From Pseudomonadota bacterium (lineage in GTDB: Bacteria; Bdellovibrionota_B; Oligoflexia; Oligoflexales; CAIYRB01), in assembly GCA_031416315.1 (NCBI GenBank), contig JANOTL010000142.1:1-27255 (forward strand): 27,255 nt of DNA, written 5' to 3'. Both the position numbers and the translations under genes were made by a program. The notes beneath the pieces were generated by a model. It was not told where the DNA came from and did no database searches. It was given only the letters and a program-made list of their open reading frames with translations. This document shows, one piece after another, positions 1 through 9,609 of the stretch (position 1 is the stretch's first letter; the number at the start of each line of letters is the position of its first letter).

Positions 1-162
1 TTCGCAAAGGGTTTTTATGATTCGCATGCGCCGTTAACCTTCTCGGGGGTCGCGCACAAGCGGCCCGACGACGAAGTCCAAAAAATCTTTGCGAACTTCG
101 CGTCCTTTGCGGTTAAAAAAATCGACGCCTTGGCGGTCAGCCCTTGGCGCCTTCGCGGTGAA
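1..162. repeat. REP-like repeat with 9-nt periodicity (CTTYGCG units), partly inverted, truncated at the window start
   Basis: ctttgcgaa-cttcgcgtc-ctttgcggt at 87-113. Degenerate second set cttggcggt/cttggcgc/cttcgcggt at 129-159. Bases 1-9 (ttcgcaaag) are the reverse complement of 87-95. Confidence 0.6.
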
Positions 163-176
163 TGTGTCCCACGCTC

Positions 177-518
177 CTAGGCTTCGTCTCCGAGCCGCCC
201 AATCGTCACCACCACCCGCTCCCCGCACCGCTCGATCAGCCACCCGGTCGAGATCGCATCCCCCGGCAAATCGAACCTCTCGTCGACCCGTCTCTCCCGC
301 ACGTAGCTAAAAAATCCGTCCCCCAACGCCTTCGCCTCACAGCGCGCTGTGATCCGCAGCGTCCCCGTATCGAGCCGCACATGCAGCGTCTCCGCCGCCA
401 GCTCCGGCAGCACCGCCTCGAATCGATAGGCCTCCGGCGTCGTCTCGAGCGTGAAGCTCGGCTCGCGCACGGCCGTCCGCAGCGATTGAATCATGTCACT
501 TGCCAGCGCTGCGCCCAT
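177..518 (-). CDS. Divergent Hsp20/alpha-crystallin-like protein (113 aa)
   Basis: ATG at 518 with GGAGGA 7 nt upstream. ETTPEAYRFEAVLPEL...LHVRLDTGTLRITA...RER...ERFDLP follows the Hsp20 strand pattern. Confidence 0.6.
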   Translation of the reverse strand: MGAALASDMIQSLRTAVREPSFTLETTPEAYRFEAVLPELAAETLHVRLDTGTLRITARCEAKALGDGFFSYVRERRVDERFDLPGDAISTGWLIERCGERVVVTIGRLGDEA

Positions 519-578
519 GGGCAGGTCCTCCAACGGAGAACCTAAGTCCGATCTCACGGACGTCAACCCGTCGCGCCG

Positions 579-929
579 CTAAGGCCAGAGCAAGTACTTG
601 TTGTTCTGCGGCCGGTCGCGCGGGTCGACCCCTTCACGGACGGCGACCTCCTCCTTCAGCGTCGTGTCGAAGTACTCGACAAAGGTCGTCTGCCCGTCAG
701 TGCGCTTGAGCTGCAGGACGTTCGGCTGCCGCGGCGAGATGCCGGCGACCTCGTAGTCCTGGCCGGCCTGGAAGTCGTCGCTCCGCTTGCGGTCGAGCCG
801 GACGACGTCGGTCGGGAGGGCGTCGTGGAGCTTCGCCGGCGGCACCCGGCGCAAAGTCTTCTTCTCCCCGTGCAGGTCCACGTAGGTGACTTTGTAGGGA
901 GCCCGGTCGAATTTGATCTCGTCTGCCAT
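579..929 (-). CDS. Hypothetical protein (116 aa), beta-rich
   Basis: ATG preceded by AAGAGG, GC3-rich codons, sigma28-like promoter directly upstream. Confidence 0.75.
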   Translation of the reverse strand: MADEIKFDRAPYKVTYVDLHGEKKTLRRVPPAKLHDALPTDVVRLDRKRSDDFQAGQDYEVAGISPRQPNVLQLKRTDGQTTFVEYFDTTLKEEVAVREGVDPRDRPQNNKYLLWP

Positions 930-937
930 CCTCTTGG

Positions 938-964
938 CTATCGGCTAAAGGAAACTTGGCTTGA
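938..964 (-). promoter_or_regulatory. Sigma28 (FliA)-type promoter
   Basis: Minus strand TCAAG-N14-GCCGATAG, ending 8 nt before the ATG at 929. Confidence 0.7.
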
Positions 965-967
965 GAC

Positions 968-993
968 AAAAAAAGCGGCCCGAAGGGGCCGCT
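968..993 (-). terminator. Rho-independent terminator
   Basis: AGCGGCCC-CTTC-GGGCCGCT 8-bp stem followed by a T run, downstream of the 1026-1262 gene. Confidence 0.85.
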
Positions 994-1025
994 GGACGCA
1001 TCATTAACGTACCGGATACTCGTTG

Positions 1026-1262
1026 TCAGATGATCTCACGTCCTGCAATATAACCCGTACTCCGGGTGTTACAGCCGCAGGTACGATTCCCGGCCGACTC
1101 GAACAGCGCGCTGCAAGAGATGCAGGTTCTGACTTTGATCCTGATCGGCGACAGATTCGCGAGGCGCCGCGCATGGTTTTTGAGCTCGATATCTTTCACG
1201 ACAGAAGGCGGCAGCCTTTTGACCTTGTTCGATTGATAGTCCTTGGAAGTCTCAAGGTTCAT
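1026..1262 (-). CDS. Small basic protein with putative Zn-ribbon (78 aa)
   Basis: ATG at 1262 with GAGGG upstream, CISC...CGC cysteine pattern, terminator downstream, TTGACA hexamer upstream near 1333-1338. Confidence 0.65.
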   Translation of the reverse strand: MNLETSKDYQSNKVKRLPPSVVKDIELKNHARRLANLSPIRIKVRTCISCSALFESAGNRTCGCNTRSTGYIAGREII

Positions 1263-1331
1263 GCGGCGCGCCCTCGTAGAAAAGTAGCTCGATTTGAAGT
1301 AGGGCCGTGAAGTTTGCACAAAACTTTGCCA

Positions 1332-3982
1332 ATGTCAATATTTCTCAGCGAAAACAAGACCTTTCAACCCGTCTCATGTGTTTGGAATCATTGTGCAAAG
1401 CTGCTGTTGGCGGCGGCGCTTCTGCTTCCTCTCTCATGTGTGACGGATGCCGAGCCGTCGGGCCCCGATAGCCAAAATCAGGGGGCGCTGCAGGGAGCTA
1501 CGGCTACGACCGGCGCTGGGCCGACGGCCGCCCCTCCGCCCAGCCCCGCAAATCAGGCGACGCCCGCCGAACCAGCGACGCTAGATCCCGCGCCCCCGCC
1601 CGCTCAAGCGTCTGCCCCCACGACGCCTGCCGTCGCCGACGGCCCCCCGGCGCTCTTCGCCGAGCCGATCTCGCGCGCCACCGTGGCCCGATTCCCGCAT
1701 CTTTCACCGTACGAAGGCCACGTCCTTCTTTCCGCGCCGAAGCTCCAGGCCGTGCTTGCCGGCGTCCCGCCCGAGCCCGTCTCCGAGGAATGGCAGCCGG
1801 CCGTCGTCGCCTTGATCGAGCGTCGCGGCGAGACGTGGCGCTCGCTCGGCGCCGCCGGCCGCATCGAGATCTCCGCGAAGACGCCCGGCGGCGGCAGCTA
1901 CCGCTCCTCCGGCGTGAACGTCGGCATCGATCGCGCCAAGAATCTCGCGCTCGCGACCTACGTCTTCACCGGCACCTCGCCCGACGCGCCGCGCCAGGCC
2001 GTGAGCTTCCGCCTCGACGCCGCCACCGGCCGCCTCGCCATTCTGCCTGACGTTTTCGCCGCAGCTTCGTCGACGCGCGCCGCCCTGTGGCGCCTGCGCT
2101 TCCGCTCGGTCGGCGCGCAGAACTTGATCCCGCCGGAGGTCATGTTGGGCACCCTGCACGGCGTGCCGTATCTCTTTCGCTACCGCGCCGCGGAGATCGT
2201 CGCCGTCGTCGGCTTCCGGCCGTTCGACGCCGAAGAGCAGCTCGGCCAGCTCACCTTGACGCCGGAGTCCGGCGGCCCCGGCCCCGCCGCCGAAGGTTGG
2301 CAGATCCTCGTCGGCCGCGAGGCGGCCTCGCAAGCCCTCGCCGCCGCCGCCAACGTCAAAGCGTGCATGTACAAGAAAAACACGGCGAACTGCGAGGCCG
2401 ACATTCCGGCCTCCGCCATCCTGAAGCTCTCCCTCGCGGCAGGGGACGCCGGCGGCCAGGAGGTCGCTCAACCCGTCTTCGTTTACGACCATACCGGCCG
2501 CTCGATCTTCTACACCGCGCTCTTCGCCGGCGACGTCCTCAAGGCGCCGCTGCCGAAAGCCGACGGCTACCGCCTTGCCGACACTCGCTCCGGCCGCGTC
2601 CTCCGGGACATCCCTCAGCTCTCTCTCGCCGCCGGCGGCGAGCGCGCGATCGATCTCCCCGCGCGCATCGCGGGCGGCGTCCGGCTGGATCCGGGCGAAG
2701 ACCATGCCCCGGCGATCGTCACGATCAACCGCCTCGATCAGCCGAAAGGCCTGCCCGTCACCACCCAAGCCGCGGCCCTGCAGCCGCGTGCGGTGCGCTT
2801 GTCCGACAACAGCTTCCTCGTCCGAGAATGGCCGGTCGAGCTGCCGCTCCTATCCGGAGCCTACGTGGTCGAGCTCGCCCGCGGCGGCGACGGCGTCTTT
2901 TGCAACGCGCGCGTCCGTGTCGTGGAGGCCGAGACCCGCGGGCACCAGTGTCCCGCGCGCACCTACGACACCGCGATCCCGAACGCCGCGGCCTACCTCG
3001 CCGCCGATCTTGCCGCCGTGCTGCCGCCGCGCTCTCCGGCCGTGAGCAAGCTCTACCAGCAAGCGCTCGGCGTCCAAGTCCTGATTCCTGCCGAAGGCGC
3101 CGGCACGGCTCGAGCCTTCGGCCCGCCGGCGGAGAGCCCCACGACCGAAGGGCTGGCCGCGCTCGAGATCGTCGACGAAGGCACCGGCCTCACCTTGCGC
3201 TACTTTCCCTCGACTCCCGATCTCGAGACGCGGTGGCTGGAGCAAAAGAAAAAAGCCGGCGGCGGCGCCCTCGCCGCATTCGCCAAGCTGGCCCGCAGTC
3301 GCGACCTGGAAGCCGGCATCCTCGAGCTCGGCTGCCCCGTCACGGGCGTCACGCTCACCGAGTACGAGCAGATCGCCCGCCGCCTTCAGGTCGACGCCGT
3401 CCGCCTCTTCGGCTGCGCTCCCGGCATCGAGCAGTCGGAGCTCCTCGCCGCTGCCGGCCGTATGCAGCGTAAGCGCAAACAGCCGCTCGTCGTAACCTCC
3501 GTCTCCGCCCTGGCGCACGCCGGCACCGGCCTCTACTTCCCGCGCATCCTCTTTCCGACCAAAGCCGGCCTCGACGGCTCGAACCCGCAGGCCCTCGCCA
3601 GCGAGCTGCGCGCGGGTCGCTCCGTCCTCAGCGCCGGCGCCGCGCGGCGCGTCGTGGAGCTTCGGCCGAAGCCGCCCCAACGTGGTGACTGGGAGCTCGT
3701 GGTCGAAGTCGCCAACTCGCCCGAGGTGCGCCCGCGCCATCTTTTCATCTATACGGAGACCGGGCAGATCAAAAAAGAGCTGATCCCCGATCCCACCGCC
3801 GAAGGTGGCGCCCTGCGCACCGTCACCGTCAATTTCTCTGCGCCCCAGGATGCACAGTGGTTCCGAGTCGAGGCCCGAGGCAGCTCGCGCCGCTCGTCGA
3901 CGAGCCAGCTCTTCGACAAGAACTACGGCGTCGTCCTCGCCACGACCGGCTTCGCGCCGTTGAAAGCCGGTGTCGCCCACTG

Positions 3983-3983
<1 letters not shown>
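1332..3983 (+). CDS. Large putative lipoprotein with Pro/Ala linker and C-terminal degenerate PHP (CehA/McbA-like) domain; start uncertain
   Basis: Hydrophobic LLLAAALLLPLSC lipobox-like segment and Pro/Ala-rich linker. YLAADL, ELRAGRSVLSAG and WFRVEARG resemble CehA/McbA-family segments. Stop overlaps the next ATG (TGATG). Confidence 0.65.
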
Positions 3984-5289
<1,306 letters not shown>

Positions 5290-5293
<4 letters not shown>

Positions 5294-6135
5294 GCTCGAC
5301 CCCCACCGCCCGCGGCCCTGACGTTTACCTCCGCCGCCTCGAGGAAAGCGCCAAATTCCTGCAGCTGCGCCTCGGTGGCCGCCCCTTCCCCGAGACCCTC
5401 GTCGTCTTGGGCTCGGGCTTCCGCGGTTTCGAGGCGCAGGTGAAGAGCGTCGAGGCCAACGTCACCCTCGCGGAGGTGCCGTACTTCCCGGTGCCCGCCG
5501 TCGAAGGCCACGGCGGCGGCCTCGTGTTCGGCACCGTGCGCGACCGCCGCGTCGCCGTCATGACGGGACGCGTGCACTTATACGAAGGCTGGACCCCCGA
5601 CGAGGTCGTCTTCCCCCTGCGCGCCTTCGCGGCCGCCGGCGTGAAGAACGTCCTCTTGACCAACGCCGCCGGCAGCGTCGACGTCTCTTACCGGCCGGGC
5701 GAGGTCGTGCTCGTCAAAGACCACATGAACCTCACGGGCCGCAACTGCCTCGCCTCCGCCGAATCGCGGGCCATGGCGCGCGTGTTCGTCGACATGGTGA
5801 ACGCTTACGACCCCGCCTGGCGCCTCGCGATCAAGGGCAAAGGCGGTGTCACCGAAGGCGTCTACGCCGGCCTCCTCGGCCCCACCTACGAGACGCCGGC
5901 GGAGACCGCAATGCTCGGCCGCCTCGGCGCGCACGTCGTCGGCATGAGCACCGTGCAGGAAACGATCGCCGCCCGCCACCTGGGCCTCAAGGTCTGTTGT
6001 TTATCCTTCGTCTCCAACCTGGCCGGCGGCCTGTCGACCTCCGTCGACCACGGCGAGGTCCTTGACCTGGGGCAGAAACACCGCGCGCGGCTCCACGAGC
6101 TCGTGACGCAAGCGATCGAGGTCAGTCCCGGATGA
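5290..6135 (+). CDS. punA: Purine-nucleoside phosphorylase (trimeric PNP family)
   Basis: VLGSG, GRVHLYEG, TNAAG, DHMNL, GPTYETPAE, GMSTV. GTGA overlap with deoA. Confidence 0.92.
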
Positions 6136-6662
6136 GCTACAAGAAAGATCTGAGCTACGCGCCTCTCTTCGACGAGAAAAAGATCGCCGCCCGCGTCAAG
6201 GAGCTCGGCGCGCAGATCACGAAAGACTACAAAGGCGAGCCCGTCGTCGTCGTCGGCGTCCTGAAGGGCGCCTTCATCTTCCTCGCCGACCTGGTGCGCG
6301 CCATCGACCTGCCGCTCTCCGTCGAGTTCATCGGCGTCGCCTCTTACTCCGGCACCGCCTCGACGGGCAGCGTCCGGCTCACCCTCGACCTCTCGGCCGA
6401 CGTGAAAGACAAGCACGTCCTGCTCGTCGAGGACATCATCGACACCGGTCACACCATCGATTACCTGCTCGACACGCTCGCCGTGCGCGGCCCGAAGTCG
6501 TTGAAGGTCGCGGCGTTCCTGTCGAAGCCCGAAGCCCACACGATGCACCACAAGCTCGACTACGTCGGCTTCGAGATCTCGCGCGAGTTCGTCATCGGTT
6601 ACGGTCTCGACCTCGATCAGTACTACCGGAACCTGCCGTACCTTGGCCAAGTGAAGACTTAG
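6132..6662 (+). CDS. hpt: Hypoxanthine phosphoribosyltransferase
   Basis: GVLKGAFIFLADL, VLLVEDIIDTGHT PRPP motif, FVIGYGLD, YRNLPY. ATGA overlap. Confidence 0.96.
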   Translation: MSYKKDLSYAPLFDEKKIAARVKELGAQITKDYKGEPVVVVGVLKGAFIFLADLVRAIDLPLSVEFIGVASYSGTASTGSVRLTLDLSADVKDKHVLLVEDIIDTGHTIDYLLDTLAVRGPKSLKVAAFLSKPEAHTMHHKLDYVGFEISREFVIGYGLDLDQYYRNLPYLGQVKT

Positions 6663-6794
6663 AGCGCCTATCAAAACCTGTCCGGTCAGTGCCTCAGAAA
6701 TTCTGTGCCTCTGTGTACGCCCGGAAACCTGCGCTTACACTGAAGAACTGAATCTCAGAGTCGCTAGACCGGGCAGGTTTTGAAAGGCGTTCTT
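6660..6794. repeat. ~135-bp imperfect palindromic (MITE/RPE-like) element
   Basis: Outer arms 6660-6687 and 6767-6794 match as reverse complements at 24/28. The inner arms continue the imperfect stem to a ~10-nt loop. Confidence 0.75.
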
Positions 6795-7987
6795 AAGCTG
6801 AAGTAGAAGACCCCGGCCCAAAGCGGCAGCACAAAGGCCGCCGTTTCCCCAAGATCCTGCCGCACGACCCCGACCGCCCACATCAGGACGAAGAAGAGGC
6901 CGACGCCCAGGTGCGCGGCCGCGAGCCCGAGGCTCAGCCTGCGAAACCGCTCGATGCCGAAGGTCACGAGCAGGATATCGACCGGCCAATAGAAGCCGAG
7001 GTTGAAGTTCTCGTGGGTCATCGTGTGCTGCGTCGCGGTCCACATTAGGATCAGGACGACGCTGACCACGCCGAAGAGGACGCCGCCGCCAACCGCCAAG
7101 ACGCGGAACGTCCGCCGCATCTTCGCCGCCACCAAGATCGCGATCAGTACGAAAAGTCCGATTCCGCACCAAAGGGTCCAGTGCTGCCGACTGACGTCGA
7201 GGCTCTCGCCTTCGAGCACGGTCTGCGGCTCCATCAAGAGCTTGGTCGCCGGGATCCGCGCCCCGGAGTCGTCGTACGCCGGCAGATCCTGGAGCATCCG
7301 CGGAAACGTCATCGGCAAGTAGACGAGGTCCCATTTGCTGCGCAGGACGTCGATCCGCGAGCCGAACGCCGCCTCGCCGAGCAGGTATACCAGGGGCGCG
7401 TGCCCGAAGGCGAGCCGCCCCGCGTCGCGTGCCGACATCCCGGCCGACTGCTGCAGATCCTCGCGGAAATTGGCGCCGAGCGCCTCGAAGAGGACGTCGC
7501 GGATCACCGTCGCGCAGTTCTTCGCCACGACGTCATAGGCGTAGGTGACGTTCTCCGGCTTGCCCCAGACGACCAGGGCCGCCATCACCTTTTTCTTTTG
7601 CTCGGTGCTCAAGCGCAGTTGCCGCAAGGTCACAGCGCGATGATCGCTCTTGATCCCGCGCAGAAAACGGCCGAAGGGCCGCACGATGTGCTCGTACTCC
7701 AGGATGCCGCGCATGTAATTCAGCAGGAAGTTCGGCTTGTCGGAGTCGAAGATGCCCCAGTCGAAGGCGTATTCGCCCAGATCCGAGCGCGCCACGAGCA
7801 CCAGATGGCCGCCGACCATCCAGGGCTCGTCGTCGCTGGCGCCGACGTTGATCAGCGCGAACTCGGTCTTCTCCGGGTCGAAACGGCCCGCGTCCACCGC
7901 GATTTGGCGCGAAAGCTTCGGCTCCGCCTCGGCCTTTCCGGGCATCAAGGCGCACAAGATGGCGAGTACCAGAACGAACAAGGGCAC
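6764..7987 (-). CDS. DUF4105 / Lnb-like lipoprotein N-acyltransferase family membrane protein
   Basis: Signal peptide, GGHLVL, FDWGIFD, YAYDVVAKNCAT (His/Cys pattern), about five C-terminal TM helices. Confidence 0.8.
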   Translation of the reverse strand: MPLFVLVLAILCALMPGKAEAEPKLSRQIAVDAGRFDPEKTEFALINVGASDDEPWMVGGHLVLVARSDLGEYAFDWGIFDSDKPNFLLNYMRGILEYEHIVRPFGRFLRGIKSDHRAVTLRQLRLSTEQKKKVMAALVVWGKPENVTYAYDVVAKNCATVIRDVLFEALGANFREDLQQSAGMSARDAGRLAFGHAPLVYLLGEAAFGSRIDVLRSKWDLVYLPMTFPRMLQDLPAYDDSGARIPATKLLMEPQTVLEGESLDVSRQHWTLWCGIGLFVLIAILVAAKMRRTFRVLAVGGGVLFGVVSVVLILMWTATQHTMTHENFNLGFYWPVDILLVTFGIERFRRLSLGLAAAHLGVGLFFVLMWAVGVVRQDLGETAAFVLPLWAGVFYFSLRTPFKTCPV

Positions 7988-7997
7988 GATCGCGACT

Positions 7998-8504
7998 CTA
8001 GAAAAGGGTCTTCAGGCTATCTGCGGCCCCAGCTTGTCCGTAAACGGCGGACTTGCTGCGGACGAGGTCCCGGATGGCCATTAGCCAATTGTCGCCAGTC
8101 CCCGGCGGCGGCTCGATGGGCAGGTAGATGACCAAGGCGCCGGCGTCCTGCGCCTTGGTGATCACGGTTTCGAGCGCGCCGAGCGTCTCGTCCAGCGTCA
8201 TGCGCTGCTCGAGATCCTCGCTGCCGAGCGCGACGAGCACGTAGTTTGGCTTCGCCGCCGCCAGCTCGGCGACGCGCGAGACCGCGGCGACGCTGGTGTC
8301 GCCCGAGCGCCCCAGGTTGATCACTTTGCGGCCGGCGATCTCGTTGCCGAGCTTCTCGGCATGGCCGTCGCCGAAGGCGACGATCACTTGTCCGTCCTGC
8401 TTGGCGTTGCGCAGCTCGGTCTTCTGCAAATGAAAGAACGCCCTGTACGCGGCGAAAGCCACGAGCAGGGCGACGAAGATGGAGGAGATGCTTTTACGGC
8501 TCAT
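7998..8504 (-). CDS. Membrane-anchored SGNH/GDSL-fold protein, catalytically degenerate
   Basis: N-terminal TM, IVAFGDG, VINLGRSGDTS, VLVALGSEDL. No catalytic Ser and no DxxH. Confidence 0.75.
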   Translation of the reverse strand: MSRKSISSIFVALLVAFAAYRAFFHLQKTELRNAKQDGQVIVAFGDGHAEKLGNEIAGRKVINLGRSGDTSVAAVSRVAELAAAKPNYVLVALGSEDLEQRMTLDETLGALETVITKAQDAGALVIYLPIEPPPGTGDNWLMAIRDLVRSKSAVYGQAGAADSLKTLF

Positions 8505-8540
8505 GCGGGCAAGTCTAGCCTCGCTCGCGCCGCGAATCGA

Positions 8541-8867
8541 TTACTTCTTCTTCGCGTCGACCGACGTCGGCGCCGTCGCGATCGGGGTCGGGCCGTCGGC
8601 CGACATCTTCTTCAGGTCGGCCATCAGACGGTTGATCTTCTCGAGGCTCGACCGGATGCGGGTGAGACGGTCGCCGAAATCGGCGGACTCGCCCGGGCGC
8701 TTCTGGTCGGGCTTGCCCGTGACCTTGCCGTTCAGATGGCTGACGTAGAGAGGCTCGCGACCGCGACCGAACTCGGTCTTGGTCTCCTTGCTCTTGCGGA
8801 ACGAGGCGAGGTCGACGACTTGGCCGGAGGTGGCTTGCTCAGAGGAGGAGTCTTTGGAGTCTTTCAA
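8541..8867 (-). CDS. Small hypothetical protein with C-terminal coiled coil; start uncertain (TTG 8867)
   Basis: Protein-like sequence from KDSKDS onward, QVVDLASFRKSK motif, heptad pattern LTRIRSSLEKINRLMADLKKM, sigma54-like promoter upstream. Confidence 0.7.
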   Translation of the reverse strand: MKDSKDSSSEQATSGQVVDLASFRKSKETKTEFGRGREPLYVSHLNGKVTGKPDQKRPGESADFGDRLTRIRSSLEKINRLMADLKKMSADGPTPIATAPTSVDAKKK

Positions 8868-8993
8868 TTGGCACCCGCTTTCATACACGAGATCAACAAC
8901 AGTTAGCACAACGGCAACAACTACAGCAGCAACGACTTCAGAGATTGGGGGTGGACCGGCGATGCGCGGTCGGGGCGGCACACGAGGAAGCTT

Positions 8994-9009
8994 TGCAAGC
9001 GGCGAACCA
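8994..9009 (-). promoter_or_regulatory. Sigma54 (-24/-12)-like promoter
   Basis: TGGTTCGCCGCTTGCA, GG-N10-GC with TTGCA, intergenic and oriented toward the 8541 gene. Confidence 0.55.
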
Positions 9010-9037
9010 GGCAGTCCGCCGCATCAGGACCGAGGCA

Positions 9038-9250
9038 TTAGTTCTTGATGCGGTACGAGCGCAAAACCGACTTGTTGGCGTTCAAGCGCTCTTTCTCGAT
9101 GCGGTCTTTGTTGCGCTTATTGCGCTCCATCGTCGCTTCGAAGGATTCGTCGTCGGCTCCGGTCTCCGCCTGGCTGGCCGAGTCGACCGCTTTGTCGCGG
9201 GCGTTGAAGAGCGAAACGACGTTGGTCTTCTGGGTTTCGGAACCTTGCAT
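9038..9250 (-). CDS. Small hypothetical protein (70 aa)
   Basis: GGAGG RBS, NVVSLFNARDK motif, charged helix ending ANKSVLRSYRIKN. Confidence 0.8.
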   Translation of the reverse strand: MQGSETQKTNVVSLFNARDKAVDSASQAETGADDESFEATMERNKRNKDRIEKERLNANKSVLRSYRIKN

Positions 9251-9331
9251 CTCGAATCCTCCAATTTGCGCTACGGGCGCTCAGCCTGCATCGAATCCAG
9301 CTTGTGGGATGCCCCATCTGACCGAGTACGA

Positions 9332-9347
9332 AGCAAGACGCATACCA
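9332..9347 (-). promoter_or_regulatory. Sigma54 (-24/-12)-like promoter
   Basis: TGGTATGCGTCTTGCT, GG-N10-GC with TTGCT, ~80 nt upstream of the 9250 ATG. Confidence 0.65.
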
Positions 9348-9424
9348 CGCAGGAACGTGGAACGTACGGCAACGATGTCGGGGTCGTGGGACACGGATTC
9401 GCTCCAGGCTTTTCCCTTGAAAAT

Positions 9425-9446
9425 CCGGACTGTTGGCAACAGCCGG
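9425..9446. promoter_or_regulatory. Palindromic candidate activator (enhancer) site
   Basis: CCGG-A-CTGTTG-G-CAACAG-CCGG, ~90 bp upstream of the sigma54-like site. Confidence 0.35.
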
Positions 9447-9609
9447 GGAACCACCGGATACGGACGAGGCCGCTTGGGGTCAAAAGGGGCTTGGGAAGCT
9501 ACAGCTCAGCGTCTACGGATCGTCTGGCGGCGAACATACCGCAACCCCCTTGTGTACGCTATTTCTATCTGAAAAGATCTCGAAAACACTTATGATTTTG
9601 GCGGCATAA

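Noticed and set aside
1316..1332. TGGCAAAGTTTTGTGC as a sigma54 promoter
   Set aside because: GG-GC spacing is 11, not the required 10.
2087..3472. 461-aa Arg-rich ORF and other long alternate-frame or antisense ORFs (e.g. 1704-2768, 3923-5254, 14780-16210, 20363-21817, 20380-21876)
   Set aside because: Shadow ORFs of high-GC3 genes, Arg/Pro/Gly-rich, with no motifs.
9251..9609. Riboswitch or known ncRNA (e.g. c-di-GMP-I) in the long intergenic region
   Set aside because: No recognisable conserved core seen by eye. An Infernal/Rfam scan would be decisive.
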